The notes under the pieces: model-generated
What the model was told of the DNA's origin: nothing
What the model saw: only the letters and a program-made list of their open reading frames with translations
Databases searched by the model: none
Shown: piece by piece, positions 1 to 9,583 of the stretch
Numbering within the stretch: position 1 is the stretch's first letter
Layout of the letters: every line of letters starts with the position of its first letter
Virus record (IMG/VR): IMGVR_UViG_3300044700_000299
Location: 1 to 62,723 of that record
Direction: 5' to 3' (one strand)
Source of the DNA: a virus
Taxonomy: Duplodnaviria; Caudoviricetes
DNA: 62,723 nucleotides
Made by a program: the position numbers and the translations under genes

Positions 1-19
1 CTAAAAAAACCAAAAAGAT

Positions 20-799
20 ATGATTAAAAAATTAGTTCATTTTTCAGACCTACATATTAGGTTATTTAAAGACCACGATTTATATCGTGATATAGTGACA
101 GATATGTTATCTAAATTTAGTGAGATAAAACCTGACAGGATTGTTTTTACCGGTGATTTAGTTCATTCTAAAAATCAAATGACACCTGAACTTATTGAAA
201 TGGTGTCTTGGGTTTTAACTGAATGTTCCAAGATTGCGAAAACAGTTCTTATTATTGGTAACCACGATTTCTTGGAAAACAATATGTCAAGATTGGACGC
301 TTTAACCCCAATTATTGATTCATTAAACAATGAGAATATTGTTTATTACAAAGATAGGGGTGAGTATACCGATGATAATATTGATTGGGTTGTGTATTCA
401 TTAATGGACCACAATATCCCACCTGACATTAGTAAATCAGATAGGGTTAAGATTGGTTTGTTTCACGGACCTGTTCAGGGTTTAACAACGGACATTGGTT
501 ATAAGTTTGAGTCAGGATTTGAAACTGATAAGTTCGCAGGTTGTGATTTGGTTTTATGTGGGGATATCCATAAACGACAAGTCTTCAACATACCGGGTGG
601 AAAGAAAGCTTATATGATTGGTTCAACTATCCAACAAAACTATGGTGAAACAATTAATAAACACGGATTTGGAATTTATGATATCCAAAACGATAACTAT
701 GAGTTTGTGGATTTACATAATCCAAGACCTTTCTTATCGTTTAAGTTGTCATCATATGAAGATATTGAAAACGAAAAAGAATATTTAGCAAATGCTTAA
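20..799 (+). CDS. sbcD: Mre11/SbcD-like metallophosphoesterase nuclease
   Basis: Motifs DLH, GD, GNHD, HG, GDIH; Rad50/SbcC gene 1.3 kb downstream. Confidence 0.85.
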   Translation: MIKKLVHFSDLHIRLFKDHDLYRDIVTDMLSKFSEIKPDRIVFTGDLVHSKNQMTPELIEMVSWVLTECSKIAKTVLIIGNHDFLENNMSRLDALTPIIDSLNNENIVYYKDRGEYTDDNIDWVVYSLMDHNIPPDISKSDRVKIGLFHGPVQGLTTDIGYKFESGFETDKFAGCDLVLCGDIHKRQVFNIPGGKKAYMIGSTIQQNYGETINKHGFGIYDIQNDNYEFVDLHNPRPFLSFKLSSYEDIENEKEYLANA

Positions 800-1466
800 T
801 GTAAATTCTAAATACGAATATGACATCCTACAGTATTGTAAAATAAACAATATTGAGGATGTCTCAATGTTTGTTACTCAATGTTTCAAACAAGGTTTTG
901 ATATAAAGAAGTACGGATTTTTGGGAAATTCACTTAATGAAGGTGAAAAACACTTAAAAACTGAGGTAATTGTTGAAAAACGTATAGAAATACCTGTTGA
1001 GGTGATAAAGGAAGTTGAAGTTCCTGTTGAAATTAAAGTTATCGAATATGTGGATAGAGAAGTTGTTAAGGAAGTTCTTGTCGAAATTCCTAAAGAAAAA
1101 ATCGTCACAAAAATAGAATACATTAGTGACAAAAAAACGGAGAATGAACTGTTGTTAAAAATACAAGAGTTGGAACAAACCATTTTCCACTTAAATGGTG
1201 ATTTGGAATTTGAACGGCAAGAATTTTCCACTAAAACGGAAGAAATGTCAAAAATTTTCCAAGATAAAATGTCTAACAAGGATGAAAATACGGATAGTTC
1301 TAAACAAAAAATGTTAGAGTCAACATTACAAAATTTAAGAAAAGAATTAACTCAAAAAAATCAAACGATTGAAGAGTTAATTCAAAAAAATAAACTTTTA
1401 GAATCTCAATTAAATAATAAAAACGCAGTTTATTTAAAAGGTTCTAATTTAAATGAAAGAATATAA
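792..1466 (+). CDS. Hypothetical protein with VEVIKE-type repeats and C-terminal coiled coil
   Basis: EIPVEVIKEVEVPVEIKVIEYVDREVVKEV low-complexity stretch; overlaps sbcD end. Confidence 0.7.
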   Translation: MLNVNSKYEYDILQYCKINNIEDVSMFVTQCFKQGFDIKKYGFLGNSLNEGEKHLKTEVIVEKRIEIPVEVIKEVEVPVEIKVIEYVDREVVKEVLVEIPKEKIVTKIEYISDKKTENELLLKIQELEQTIFHLNGDLEFERQEFSTKTEEMSKIFQDKMSNKDENTDSSKQKMLESTLQNLRKELTQKNQTIEELIQKNKLLESQLNNKNAVYLKGSNLNERI

Positions 1467-1812
1467 TATGGAAATTTTTATTTGGGTATTAATGGCTTAC
1501 GGTATGAGTAACATACTTGTTTATGGGTCAATTTTTGGATGGTTAAGAAATGGTCTTAGAAGTTGGGGAGACAATCCATTTGCTCCACTTCAATTCATAG
1601 GTGGGTTTTTTGCTGATTTACTATCTTGTATGATGTGTACAAGTACTTGGGTTGGGTTTTTCTTCGGGTTAGTTTTATACTCACCTAATAAGATATTTTT
1701 AGGGTGTGATAATCACGTCTCTTGGTTTTTTGACGGATTATTTGCCTCAGGATGTGTATGGGCAATTAATTCAATTGTTGAATGGTTTGAGGAAAATAGA
1801 CCGGCCAAATAG
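1453..1812 (+). CDS. DUF1360-like membrane protein (start may be the second Met, 1468)
   Basis: Three hydrophobic segments and LLSCxxCxxxWVG motif. Confidence 0.65.
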   Translation: MKEYNMEIFIWVLMAYGMSNILVYGSIFGWLRNGLRSWGDNPFAPLQFIGGFFADLLSCMMCTSTWVGFFFGLVLYSPNKIFLGCDNHVSWFFDGLFASGCVWAINSIVEWFEENRPAK

Positions 1813-1813
1813 T

Positions 1814-1842
1814 TTGACAATACAATTTAAAATGTATATGTT
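1814..1842 (+). promoter_or_regulatory. sigma70-like promoter
   Basis: TTGACA-N17-TATGTT upstream of ORF 1869. Confidence 0.45.
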
Positions 1843-1868
1843 TAATCAAATCTTAATTAATAAATAAA

Positions 1869-2117
1869 ATGGGGAAAAAAACACAAGAACACAGAAGAAA
1901 AGTTGAGAAACGTAACGCACGTATCCAACACGAGAAAAATTTAATGAATAAATTATATCGTGAAGCTATGAAATTTTCAGTGGATGAGTTAAAAGAGAAA
2001 TTGGGTAATGCTGAGATATCTGACGAACAAGTTACTGAATTGAGTGAATCAATTGCTGACGAAGTTGTTGATGCAATTATTGAAGAAACTACACAAACTG
2101 AAGAATCTGTTAAATAA
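1869..2117 (+). CDS. Hypothetical protein, basic N-terminus and acidic C-terminus
   Basis: ORF coupled to sbcC start by TAATG. Confidence 0.7.
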   Translation: MGKKTQEHRRKVEKRNARIQHEKNLMNKLYREAMKFSVDELKEKLGNAEISDEQVTELSESIADEVVDAIIEETTQTEESVK

Positions 2118-4447
2118 TGAGTAAAAAAGTAGATTTAACTAATGTTGAAAATCCCTACATACAAGTAGTATGGGAGGATTTTGCTGAAAACTTTACACAG
2201 GAAAAAATTAAAAGTGTTAAACATTATTTCCAAAAGAAATATAACTCAAACAATATTAATGTTATCACTAAAACAAAAGTTAGTGAAGCGACAAATCATA
2301 ATGTTGATATCTCTTTTAATATCTTAGACAAAAATTATCAATTAACATTAGTTGAATCTTTCTTATCATCAAAATCTAATCAAGAGTATTCCGATAAGAT
2401 TTTAGAATTGGATAGACAGGTTGATAATGAATTAATTCTAAATCAAACTGAGGTGACACCATTTAAAAAATGGTTTATTAAAAACATCGAGTTCTCAAAC
2501 TTCTTGTCTTACGGTGAGAATCAAAGATTAGATTTTGATAAATGTAATGGTATCTCAGTAATCGAATCTAACCCCCCTAACTTTGGAGGTAAAACGGTAT
2601 TAAGTGTTGACTTATTATTCTTTTTATTCTTTAACGAAACGACTAAAACAACTAAGGCAGAAGAAATCTTCAATAGATTTACAGATAAGAATAAGGTATC
2701 AGTTAAAGGTGAAATTGTTATTGATGGGGATGATTATATTATTGAGAGAAACATTACTCGTAAGTTATCCAAGAGTGGTGATTGGACGGTTAAGACTGAG
2801 TTAGACTTCTTTAAGAAGTTGGCTGATGGTAGTTTACAGAATTTCACAGGTGAACAACGACGTGAGACTGAAGCGTTCATTAAGAATTCTATTGGAACAA
2901 AGGAAGATTTCTTAATGACAATCTTAACTACGGCAACAAACTTAGAGGAGTTAATTGATTCTAAACCAACTGCCAGAGGTCAAGTATTATCTCGTTTTAT
3001 GGGACTTGATTTCTTAAAACGAAAAGAGGAGGCCGGAAAGGACTTGTATTCCAAGTTTTCAAAATCAATGATTTCAAACATATATAGTTCTGAAAAATTA
3101 AAAACTGACATCGAAACTTATAAATCAACAATTGATGGGTTGAAAGAAAGTGGTCTTCAGTTAAACAAACAGTTAACTGACGTTCAGGATAGAATTATTA
3201 GAGGTCAACAATTTCGTGATGATTTAACGAGTAAGAAACATATGGATATTGACCGAGAGATTAGTCAATTATCACCAGAAAAAATTGAGAATGAAGTTAA
3301 GGGGTATGAGAAACAAATTGATGACAATAATAAGTTATTAAAGGAATTAAACGTTGTTGAACCAACCGAATTTTACCACGAAGACAAACACGATGATGTT
3401 AAAAAAGAATACGACATTCAATATAAAGAATTCGTTAGAGTTGAAACTGAAATAAAATCAATTCAAAAATTACAGGCATCGGTTAGTGGTGGTATCATTT
3501 GTGAACACTGTGGAATTGATTTAATGAACGCTTCAATTACTCAAGCAAAAATCAATGAACTTGCTGGTTTTATCACGCATAAAGACGAAATTACGGGGTT
3601 AATGCAGGTTTTATCCGACAAAGAGAAGGGTTTTGTTAAACTTAAAAAAGAGTTTGATGAATATGAGAAAAATAAGTTAATCAAAGAAAAATATGAGTTA
3701 ACTATCGAATCGTTGGATATGAAAATTAAAAACTTGAAAGATAAGCTAACTAAGTATTTTGAATTACAGAGTAAGATTAATGATAACGAGAAGATTGAGA
3801 CACAACTATTAAAGGCTAACCAACGATTAACTGACTTAGACAATGAGAAGAATGGTGTGATTAGACAAATGGAGAATGCCAAATACCAAATTGAAACTAA
3901 TCAGGAAAACATTGAAGGTAACTTAAAAAAGATTCAACAAATTAATGAAGAGTCTGAAAAAGAAAAAGTGTATAAAATATACTTAGAGATTTTTGGTAAG
4001 AATGGTATTAGTAAGTTAATTATGAAAACTATGATACCGCTAATCAATTCGGAGTTACAAAGATTGTTGGAGGACAGTTCTCATTTTAGACTTGAAGTTC
4101 GTATTAATGATAAAAACGAGGTTGATTTTATTATGGTTGATAACAACACTCAGGTTGAGAAGAATATTGCATCAGGTTCGGGGTATGAAAGAACTATTGC
4201 ATCATTAGCTTTAAGGTCAGTGTTAAGTAAGATTTGTTCTTTACCTAAACCTAACATCATTGTATTTGATGAGGTGTTTGGTAAAATATCAAATGACAAT
4301 TTGGATATGGTTTCAGAGTTCTTTACTAAAATTAAAGAATATTTTGAAAAAATATTTGTAATAACACACAACCCTATGGTTACAAATTGGGCTGACAGTG
4401 TAATTAAAGTAAGAAAAGAAGAAAACATTAGTTATGTTACCCAATAA
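2117..4447 (+). CDS. sbcC: Rad50/SbcC ATPase
   Basis: NFLSY, Walker A NFGGKT, coiled coil with CEHC zinc hook, SGSGYE signature, IVFDE Walker B, ITH. Confidence 0.9.
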   Translation: MSKKVDLTNVENPYIQVVWEDFAENFTQEKIKSVKHYFQKKYNSNNINVITKTKVSEATNHNVDISFNILDKNYQLTLVESFLSSKSNQEYSDKILELDRQVDNELILNQTEVTPFKKWFIKNIEFSNFLSYGENQRLDFDKCNGISVIESNPPNFGGKTVLSVDLLFFLFFNETTKTTKAEEIFNRFTDKNKVSVKGEIVIDGDDYIIERNITRKLSKSGDWTVKTELDFFKKLADGSLQNFTGEQRRETEAFIKNSIGTKEDFLMTILTTATNLEELIDSKPTARGQVLSRFMGLDFLKRKEEAGKDLYSKFSKSMISNIYSSEKLKTDIETYKSTIDGLKESGLQLNKQLTDVQDRIIRGQQFRDDLTSKKHMDIDREISQLSPEKIENEVKGYEKQIDDNNKLLKELNVVEPTEFYHEDKHDDVKKEYDIQYKEFVRVETEIKSIQKLQASVSGGIICEHCGIDLMNASITQAKINELAGFITHKDEITGLMQVLSDKEKGFVKLKKEFDEYEKNKLIKEKYELTIESLDMKIKNLKDKLTKYFELQSKINDNEKIETQLLKANQRLTDLDNEKNGVIRQMENAKYQIETNQENIEGNLKKIQQINEESEKEKVYKIYLEIFGKNGISKLIMKTMIPLINSELQRLLEDSSHFRLEVRINDKNEVDFIMVDNNTQVEKNIASGSGYERTIASLALRSVLSKICSLPKPNIIVFDEVFGKISNDNLDMVSEFFTKIKEYFEKIFVITHNPMVTNWADSVIKVRKEENISYVTQ

Positions 4448-4478
4448 TTTGGTGTTTTGAATTTTAGTAGTATCTTTG
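4448..4478 (+). promoter_or_regulatory. Bacteroidota housekeeping-sigma promoter (-33/-7)
   Basis: TTTG-N19-TATCTTTG matches the TTTG/TAnnTTTG consensus. Confidence 0.7.
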
Positions 4479-4494
4479 TTTAAAATAAAACGTT

Positions 4495-5103
4495 ATGAAA
4501 AATAAAACTTTTAAGTATATTCTTTTTGTATTTGCAAAAAGTAAAAACCAAGATGACTTTGTAACTGAAATTGCTGAAGAAATTGCGGTGATTACTAAAT
4601 CAAAGAACATTAGGTATTACTATGGTCCTGAGGCTTGTGTGTTCACTTTCAGCACATTGGATGATTTAAAAAGTGTTACAGAATATGTGGATATCATATT
4701 AAGTGAAGGTGAAGTGTCTTACTTTTTATTACCATACAGTCCTGACAATATGTCTTTTGGTTTACCTAAAGAAATTTCCGAACATTTATTTACTGACAAA
4801 TTGTCAGATATTGAAAAAATGGACCGAGATTTGGATGTGAAATGGAATAAATTAGATTCTGATTTTAAAAAGTTGGATGAGGAAATGTTTGACAAATTTA
4901 TGAATGCGTTCTCTGATGAAGATGAGGAGGATGATGATATTTCTAAATTAATCAAACGAACAAAAACAACTAAAGTTGATGACTACGTATCTGAAAATGA
5001 ATTCAATTTTATTTTAGATAAAATAAACAGTGACGGTATGTCCTCATTAACAAAAAAAGAGTTAAATTTGTTAAAACAATATTCAAACCAAGTTAAAAAA
5101 TAG
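4495..5103 (+). CDS. Hypothetical protein with C-terminal DUF6576-like motif
   Basis: C-terminal ILDKINSDGMSSLTKKELNLL resembles ILDKI..SG..SLT..EK..L. Confidence 0.6.
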   Translation: MKNKTFKYILFVFAKSKNQDDFVTEIAEEIAVITKSKNIRYYYGPEACVFTFSTLDDLKSVTEYVDIILSEGEVSYFLLPYSPDNMSFGLPKEISEHLFTDKLSDIEKMDRDLDVKWNKLDSDFKKLDEEMFDKFMNAFSDEDEEDDDISKLIKRTKTTKVDDYVSENEFNFILDKINSDGMSSLTKKELNLLKQYSNQVKK

Positions 5104-5105
5104 AT

Positions 5106-5906
5106 ATGAAAGAAAAAGGTTCTACAATTCCGATTAATCAAGATGAGATTCAACTTTACTTGAAAGATATTCGTAAAATTAAGGTAATGACTCCTGAAAG
5201 GGAGAGACAATTATCTGAAATGGTAACTCAAGGTAATTTAACTGAACGTGAGATTAATAAAATCGAGACTGAGGTTGTGTTAGGTAATTTACGTTTTGTT
5301 ATTACTGTGGCAAAACAATATCAAAATCAGGGGTTATCATTAGCTGATTTAATTAATGAAGGTAATTTTGGTTTACTTAAAGCGTTCAGAAATTTTGATT
5401 GGTCTAAAAATTTGAGATTTATCTCATATGCTGTTTGGTGGGTTAGACAATCAATATTACAATCACTAAACGATAACGCAAGAACTATTAGACTACCTGT
5501 TAACGTAGTTCAAGAGTTACACAAGGCGAAACGTCAAATCGAAAGTAACGGTGGTAAGTTAGATGATAAGTTCCAAAATTTACCAAGTATTATTGATTTG
5601 GATATGAATATCAATGAAGATGGTGATACTTTGGTTGACATTCTAAAAAATGATGATGCCGAGATGCCTGACGAAGCATTCAACAGTAAAGATTTGTTAA
5701 AGTCTAAATTGATGTCTCTATTGGATATCTTAGACGAGAGAGAGAAAGTAATCATTGGTGACTACTTTGGTCTAACAGGAACTTGTAGAACGTTAGAAGA
5801 TATCGGGGATGATTTTAATTTAACTAAAGAAAGAGTCCGACAAATCAAAGAAAAGGCTCTTAGGAAATTAAGAAACGAAAGTTCAACCTTGTTTGACTAT
5901 ATGTAA
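5106..5906 (+). CDS. Phage RNA polymerase sigma factor, RpoD/sigma70 family
   Basis: Region 1.2 (LYLKDI), region 2 (NLRFVITVAKQY, DLINEGNFGL, FISYAVWWVRQ), RTIRLP, region 4 (TLEDIG, LTKERVRQI). Confidence 0.92.
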   Translation: MKEKGSTIPINQDEIQLYLKDIRKIKVMTPERERQLSEMVTQGNLTEREINKIETEVVLGNLRFVITVAKQYQNQGLSLADLINEGNFGLLKAFRNFDWSKNLRFISYAVWWVRQSILQSLNDNARTIRLPVNVVQELHKAKRQIESNGGKLDDKFQNLPSIIDLDMNINEDGDTLVDILKNDDAEMPDEAFNSKDLLKSKLMSLLDILDEREKVIIGDYFGLTGTCRTLEDIGDDFNLTKERVRQIKEKALRKLRNESSTLFDYM

Positions 5907-5911
5907 AAAAT

Positions 5912-5945
5912 AAAACCTTCTATTTATTATGGTAGAAGGTTTTTT
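5912..5945 (+). terminator. Intrinsic terminator with TATTTAT motif in its loop
   Basis: AAAACCTTCTA...TAGAAGGTTTTTT after the sigma gene. Confidence 0.7.
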
Positions 5946-5969
5946 ACATTTATAAATAAAACTTAGAAT

Positions 5970-6260
5970 ATGAAAAAAATTGAAGAATTTATTGTTAAAC
6001 ATTATCAAAAATTGGTATTGTTACTATTAGTTGTTATCTTGTTTAACACTTGTGGTAATCCTAACAAACAACTAACAAAGAAAGTAGAAGTGTTGTCCGA
6101 TAACATTGATTCCTTAGAAGTGGTTACAGTAACTAAAAAAGACTTAACGATTGAAGGGTTAAAAGTTGAGAAAAGATTGATTCAATCAACTGATAGAAAA
6201 ATTTTAGATGTTAATAGACAATCTGAAATTGATAAAGAATTGGAAACATTAAATAAATAA
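5970..6260 (+). CDS. Putative lipoprotein (spanin-like)
   Basis: Signal peptide with lipobox-like LFNT-C followed by coiled coil. Confidence 0.5.
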   Translation: MKKIEEFIVKHYQKLVLLLLVVILFNTCGNPNKQLTKKVEVLSDNIDSLEVVTVTKKDLTIEGLKVEKRLIQSTDRKILDVNRQSEIDKELETLNK

Positions 6261-7402
6261 TGAAAAATATTTGGATATGGATTAAGAACAACCCAATTAG
6301 GTTTATGTTCTTGGTCCCAATTATTCTAGTTGCGATTATCTCAATCTCTCACGTAGTTTCTTGGTATGAATTGGCAAACCCATTTACTTGGGCGGTTTAT
6401 TTATCAATCGCCATTGAGATTGGGGCAATGACTGCGTTAGTTGCGGTTACAAATAGAATTAAAGGTGGGGTTTGGTTAATGTTTGGGTTGGTTACGTTCA
6501 TTCAAATGGTTGGTAATATTTTCTTCTCTTATAAAGAAGTTGATACCGCAAGTTACTTATTCAAATCTTGGATTGAATTAACCGCACCTATTTGGGAGGC
6601 GTTAGGTTCGGATTCTACAGATTTAGTAGCTATGAAACGTTGGATTGCGTTTTTGGAAGGTGGTTTATTACCGGTCATATCATTAACATCTTTACACTTC
6701 TTTGTTAAATTTGATGATGGTAGACCAAAGATTGAAGAAACTGATAACGACCAAATTACCGATTCGGTAACTCAATCAATTGAAGAAGATGTTGAACCTA
6801 TGATTCATCCTGACGCTATTGAAAATGGGGTTTATGAGACAAGTAAAATTGTGAGTGAACATAAGGAAGATGAGTCTAAAAAAGTTTGGGATAAAGTTCG
6901 TGAATTAAGAGAGGAAGGTAAATTACCTACACCAACTCAGGAAGATTTAGAAGATGAACCAACAGCATTAGCATTCACACCGTATGAAGTTGAGGAAGAA
7001 TCACCAATCGTTGAAACATTTGTTAGTGAGGATGAATATCTTGATTTACAAGAAAGTCATTCACCTGTAAATGATACTGTAAATGATACTGTAAATGATA
7101 CTGTAACTGAGGGTGTAAATGAGGGAGTAAATGAGGGAGTAAATGAGGGTGTAAATGAAATCATTGAAGTACAACCTATGGAATTTCCTGACGGTACGGG
7201 TATTTTATCATCAATGGATGAAGTTTATGAAGAACCAATTATTGAAACAACTGAAACTATTAGTGATGATGTTAGAGAAATCTTGGAAGAAGGTATTATT
7301 GAAGAAGTTCCTGAACAAATAATAAATGTTGATGATATTATTTCACAAGACGAACCTGAAGAAAATAAAGTAAGACGTTTGAGTTATGTGAAAAAATCAT
7401 AA
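6260..7402 (+). CDS. Membrane protein, about 4 TM helices with a long acidic tail
   Basis: Hydrophobic N-terminal 150 aa; E/D-rich C-terminus with VNDT/VNEG repeats. Confidence 0.7.
   Translation: MKNIWIWIKNNPIRFMFLVPIILVAIISISHVVSWYELANPFTWAVYLSIAIEIGAMTALVAVTNRIKGGVWLMFGLVTFIQMVGNIFFSYKEVDTASYLFKSWIELTAPIWEALGSDSTDLVAMKRWIAFLEGGLLPVISLTSLHFFVKFDDGRPKIEETDNDQITDSVTQSIEEDVEPMIHPDAIENGVYETSKIVSEHKEDESKKVWDKVRELREEGKLPTPTQEDLEDEPTALAFTPYEVEEESPIVETFVSEDEYLDLQESHSPVNDTVNDTVNDTVTEGVNEGVNEGVNEGVNEIIEVQPMEFPDGTGILSSMDEVYEEPIIETTETISDDVREILEEGIIEEVPEQIINVDDIISQDEPEENKVRRLSYVKKS
7067..7159 (+). repeat. 12-bp in-frame tandem repeat, about 8 units
   Basis: GTAAATGATACT x3, GTAACTGAGGGT, GTAAATGAGGG(A/T) x3, partial GTAAATGAA. 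Confidence 0.9.
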
Positions 7403-7430
7403 CACATATTTATAAAAGATAAAATATGGG

Positions 7431-8030
7431 TTGATGGTTGACATTATTGAATATAAAAATTTTAAGTCGTTAAGTGAGAATACTGATAAAACACAAATCA
7501 TATTAACTCACACTTCAAGGTATATTAACGATTATCTACAATCATTAAAATATAGACATAATGGGGATTATACTAAAATCCCCAATTATGTTATTGGTCG
7601 GGATGGTAAAATTCTTCAATTATTAAACAATGAAGAATGTTCTCAAATATTTAAAAATCCTGACATAGATAACGAATCAATTGTAATTTCATTAGAAAAT
7701 TTAGGGTGGGTCCAAAAAGAACCATTAACAAACCATTACGTTAACTGGATTGGTGATATTTATAATGGAGAGGTGTTTGAAAGAAAATGGCGTGACTACT
7801 ATTTTTGGCAACCGTACACTGATGAACAGATTGATTCATTGGTGTATTTGTGTAAAAAAATATTTGGTGAAACCAAGATTGAATTTCAATTCATCGGTCA
7901 TAATACAAAAATAACTGATTTTCATAAATATGAGGGGTTATTAACAAGAAGTAATTACGATGTGTCATTTACCGATGTTAGTCCAGCATTTAATTTTGAA
8001 GATTTTATAAAAAAAATAGAAAATGAGTAA
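7431..8030 (+). CDS. N-acetylmuramoyl-L-alanine amidase-like protein (Amidase_2 fold), possibly degenerate
   Basis: IILTHT, YVIGRDGKI.Q, SI.ISLEN, YTDEQIDSL..L, IGH, DVSP. Confidence 0.75.
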   Translation: MMVDIIEYKNFKSLSENTDKTQIILTHTSRYINDYLQSLKYRHNGDYTKIPNYVIGRDGKILQLLNNEECSQIFKNPDIDNESIVISLENLGWVQKEPLTNHYVNWIGDIYNGEVFERKWRDYYFWQPYTDEQIDSLVYLCKKIFGETKIEFQFIGHNTKITDFHKYEGLLTRSNYDVSFTDVSPAFNFEDFIKKIENE

Positions 8031-8643
8031 TTCACACGACGAAATTAAAAAATTATTAAAAGCCTCAAGAACATTATTATCTAGTGATAAGTTAAATGAG
8101 GAATATGAGGATATTAGAATCAAATATAACTTATTATCAGAACAATCATCAGTAATTGATAGGTTTGATGTTGGTAAAAGTATTGAGGATGAAATTGATG
8201 ATGATGAGTACGAAACTGCTGAAACGGATGATGAGGAAATGGATGATGAGGATAGTTCTAACGATAAAAAACAGGGTTATAGAGTGTCAGGTGGTATTTT
8301 GGTGTTGCACGGTAAAGAACAAACTGATTTAGAATTGACAACTGATGAGAAAACCACGTTTCAAGAAACTATGGATGAGTTTGTTACTGAAGTTTCTGAT
8401 TTGGTAGATTTTAATAAACTTAATGTTTTCCCAAAAAACGTGGAGTGGTCGGGTAAAATTATTGATTTTGATATTGAATTTTATTTTAGTATTGGTGAAG
8501 AAAACGGTGTTTATGTAAACAGTCAAATGGTTAAGGTTGATGAAAAATTCTTAGACTTATTAACTAAATTACAAAATTACTATGAGAAATTCAAATCTAA
8601 ATGGTCTAAAGTTTTGGCGAGTAGAAAACGAACAAGTATATAA
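8023..8643 (+). CDS. Hypothetical acidic protein, putative virion protein
   Basis: ORF in TATTTAT-driven cluster; LNEE and LLSEQ motifs. Confidence 0.65.
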   Translation: MSNSHDEIKKLLKASRTLLSSDKLNEEYEDIRIKYNLLSEQSSVIDRFDVGKSIEDEIDDDEYETAETDDEEMDDEDSSNDKKQGYRVSGGILVLHGKEQTDLELTTDEKTTFQETMDEFVTEVSDLVDFNKLNVFPKNVEWSGKIIDFDIEFYFSIGEENGVYVNSQMVKVDEKFLDLLTKLQNYYEKFKSKWSKVLASRKRTSI

Positions 8644-8662
8644 TAAATTAAAATAGAATGAT

Positions 8663-8911
8663 ATGGCTTTAAGTACGACTGACAAACGAGAAATTGAAAA
8701 TATTGTTAGAAAAGAAATAAAAGACTTCTTGGGTTCTAATACTATTAAACAATTTGAAAATAAATTATTGGATATGATAGCTAATGAATTAAATAACCGT
8801 AGTAAAGTTAATACTAATGTTAAAGAGATTGTGGTTAAAGTTTTTAGAGAATTTTATTACTATATGTGGTCTCAAAAAAGTTCTTGGGAACCTAAATTAA
8901 GAAACGCTTAA
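8663..8911 (+). CDS. Hypothetical protein
   Basis: Clean ORF with A-rich upstream region. Confidence 0.65.
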   Translation: MALSTTDKREIENIVRKEIKDFLGSNTIKQFENKLLDMIANELNNRSKVNTNVKEIVVKVFREFYYYMWSQKSSWEPKLRNA

Positions 8912-8913
8912 AA

Positions 8914-9543
8914 ATGGAAAGTATTGTTAAAAGACTAGTTGACGGGTTTAACAAAAATAGCTCAGGTAAATTAACAGGTATGGAAGGAGCCTTGGTAAAA
9001 AATGATTTTATGAGAGATATTAGTGAAGAAGATATGGATGAAAAATGGTCTGAAAAATATAAGGAAAGTATAGACTGTGATAATCCAAAAGGATTTTCTC
9101 AAAAGGCCCATTGTCAGGGTAGAAAGAAAAAAGGGGAACATCAAGAATCAACAGGAGCGGCAAGTGCCGGTGGTTATTCGGCTCCATTGTTTGGTGAGTC
9201 TGATGGGGAAATTACTAAAGTTGAAGCTAATGAAGTGACAAGTAGTTCTTCTGTTGGTGCGTATGACGCTCCAGGTTTTGAAGACGTGAAGATGAGAGGT
9301 AATCATACTCGTGGTTCAGGTAGGTCTTATAAAAAGACTCAAGTACCGGGTGGTTCTTTTGTTGAAGTTAAATCAAAATGTAAAAAATTCCCATATTGTA
9401 ATCAAGGTATTGGTGCGATTAAACTATATGGTGGTAAAAAACTGAACGAGGCGATATCCAAGGTAAGTAATAAAATGAATATAAGTGAAGATACTGTTAG
9501 AGAAATCATAGCTTATGAATATAGAAATTTACTTTCAAAGTAA
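8914..9543 (+). CDS. Putative head-associated protein
   Basis: KWSEKYKESIDCDNPKGFSQKAHC module recalled from T4-like phage proteins; CKKFPYC. Confidence 0.6.
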   Translation: MESIVKRLVDGFNKNSSGKLTGMEGALVKNDFMRDISEEDMDEKWSEKYKESIDCDNPKGFSQKAHCQGRKKKGEHQESTGAASAGGYSAPLFGESDGEITKVEANEVTSSSSVGAYDAPGFEDVKMRGNHTRGSGRSYKKTQVPGGSFVEVKSKCKKFPYCNQGIGAIKLYGGKKLNEAISKVSNKMNISEDTVREIIAYEYRNLLSK

Positions 9544-9583
9544 TTTAAAATAAAAACTAAATATTTATATAAAAAAATATAAA

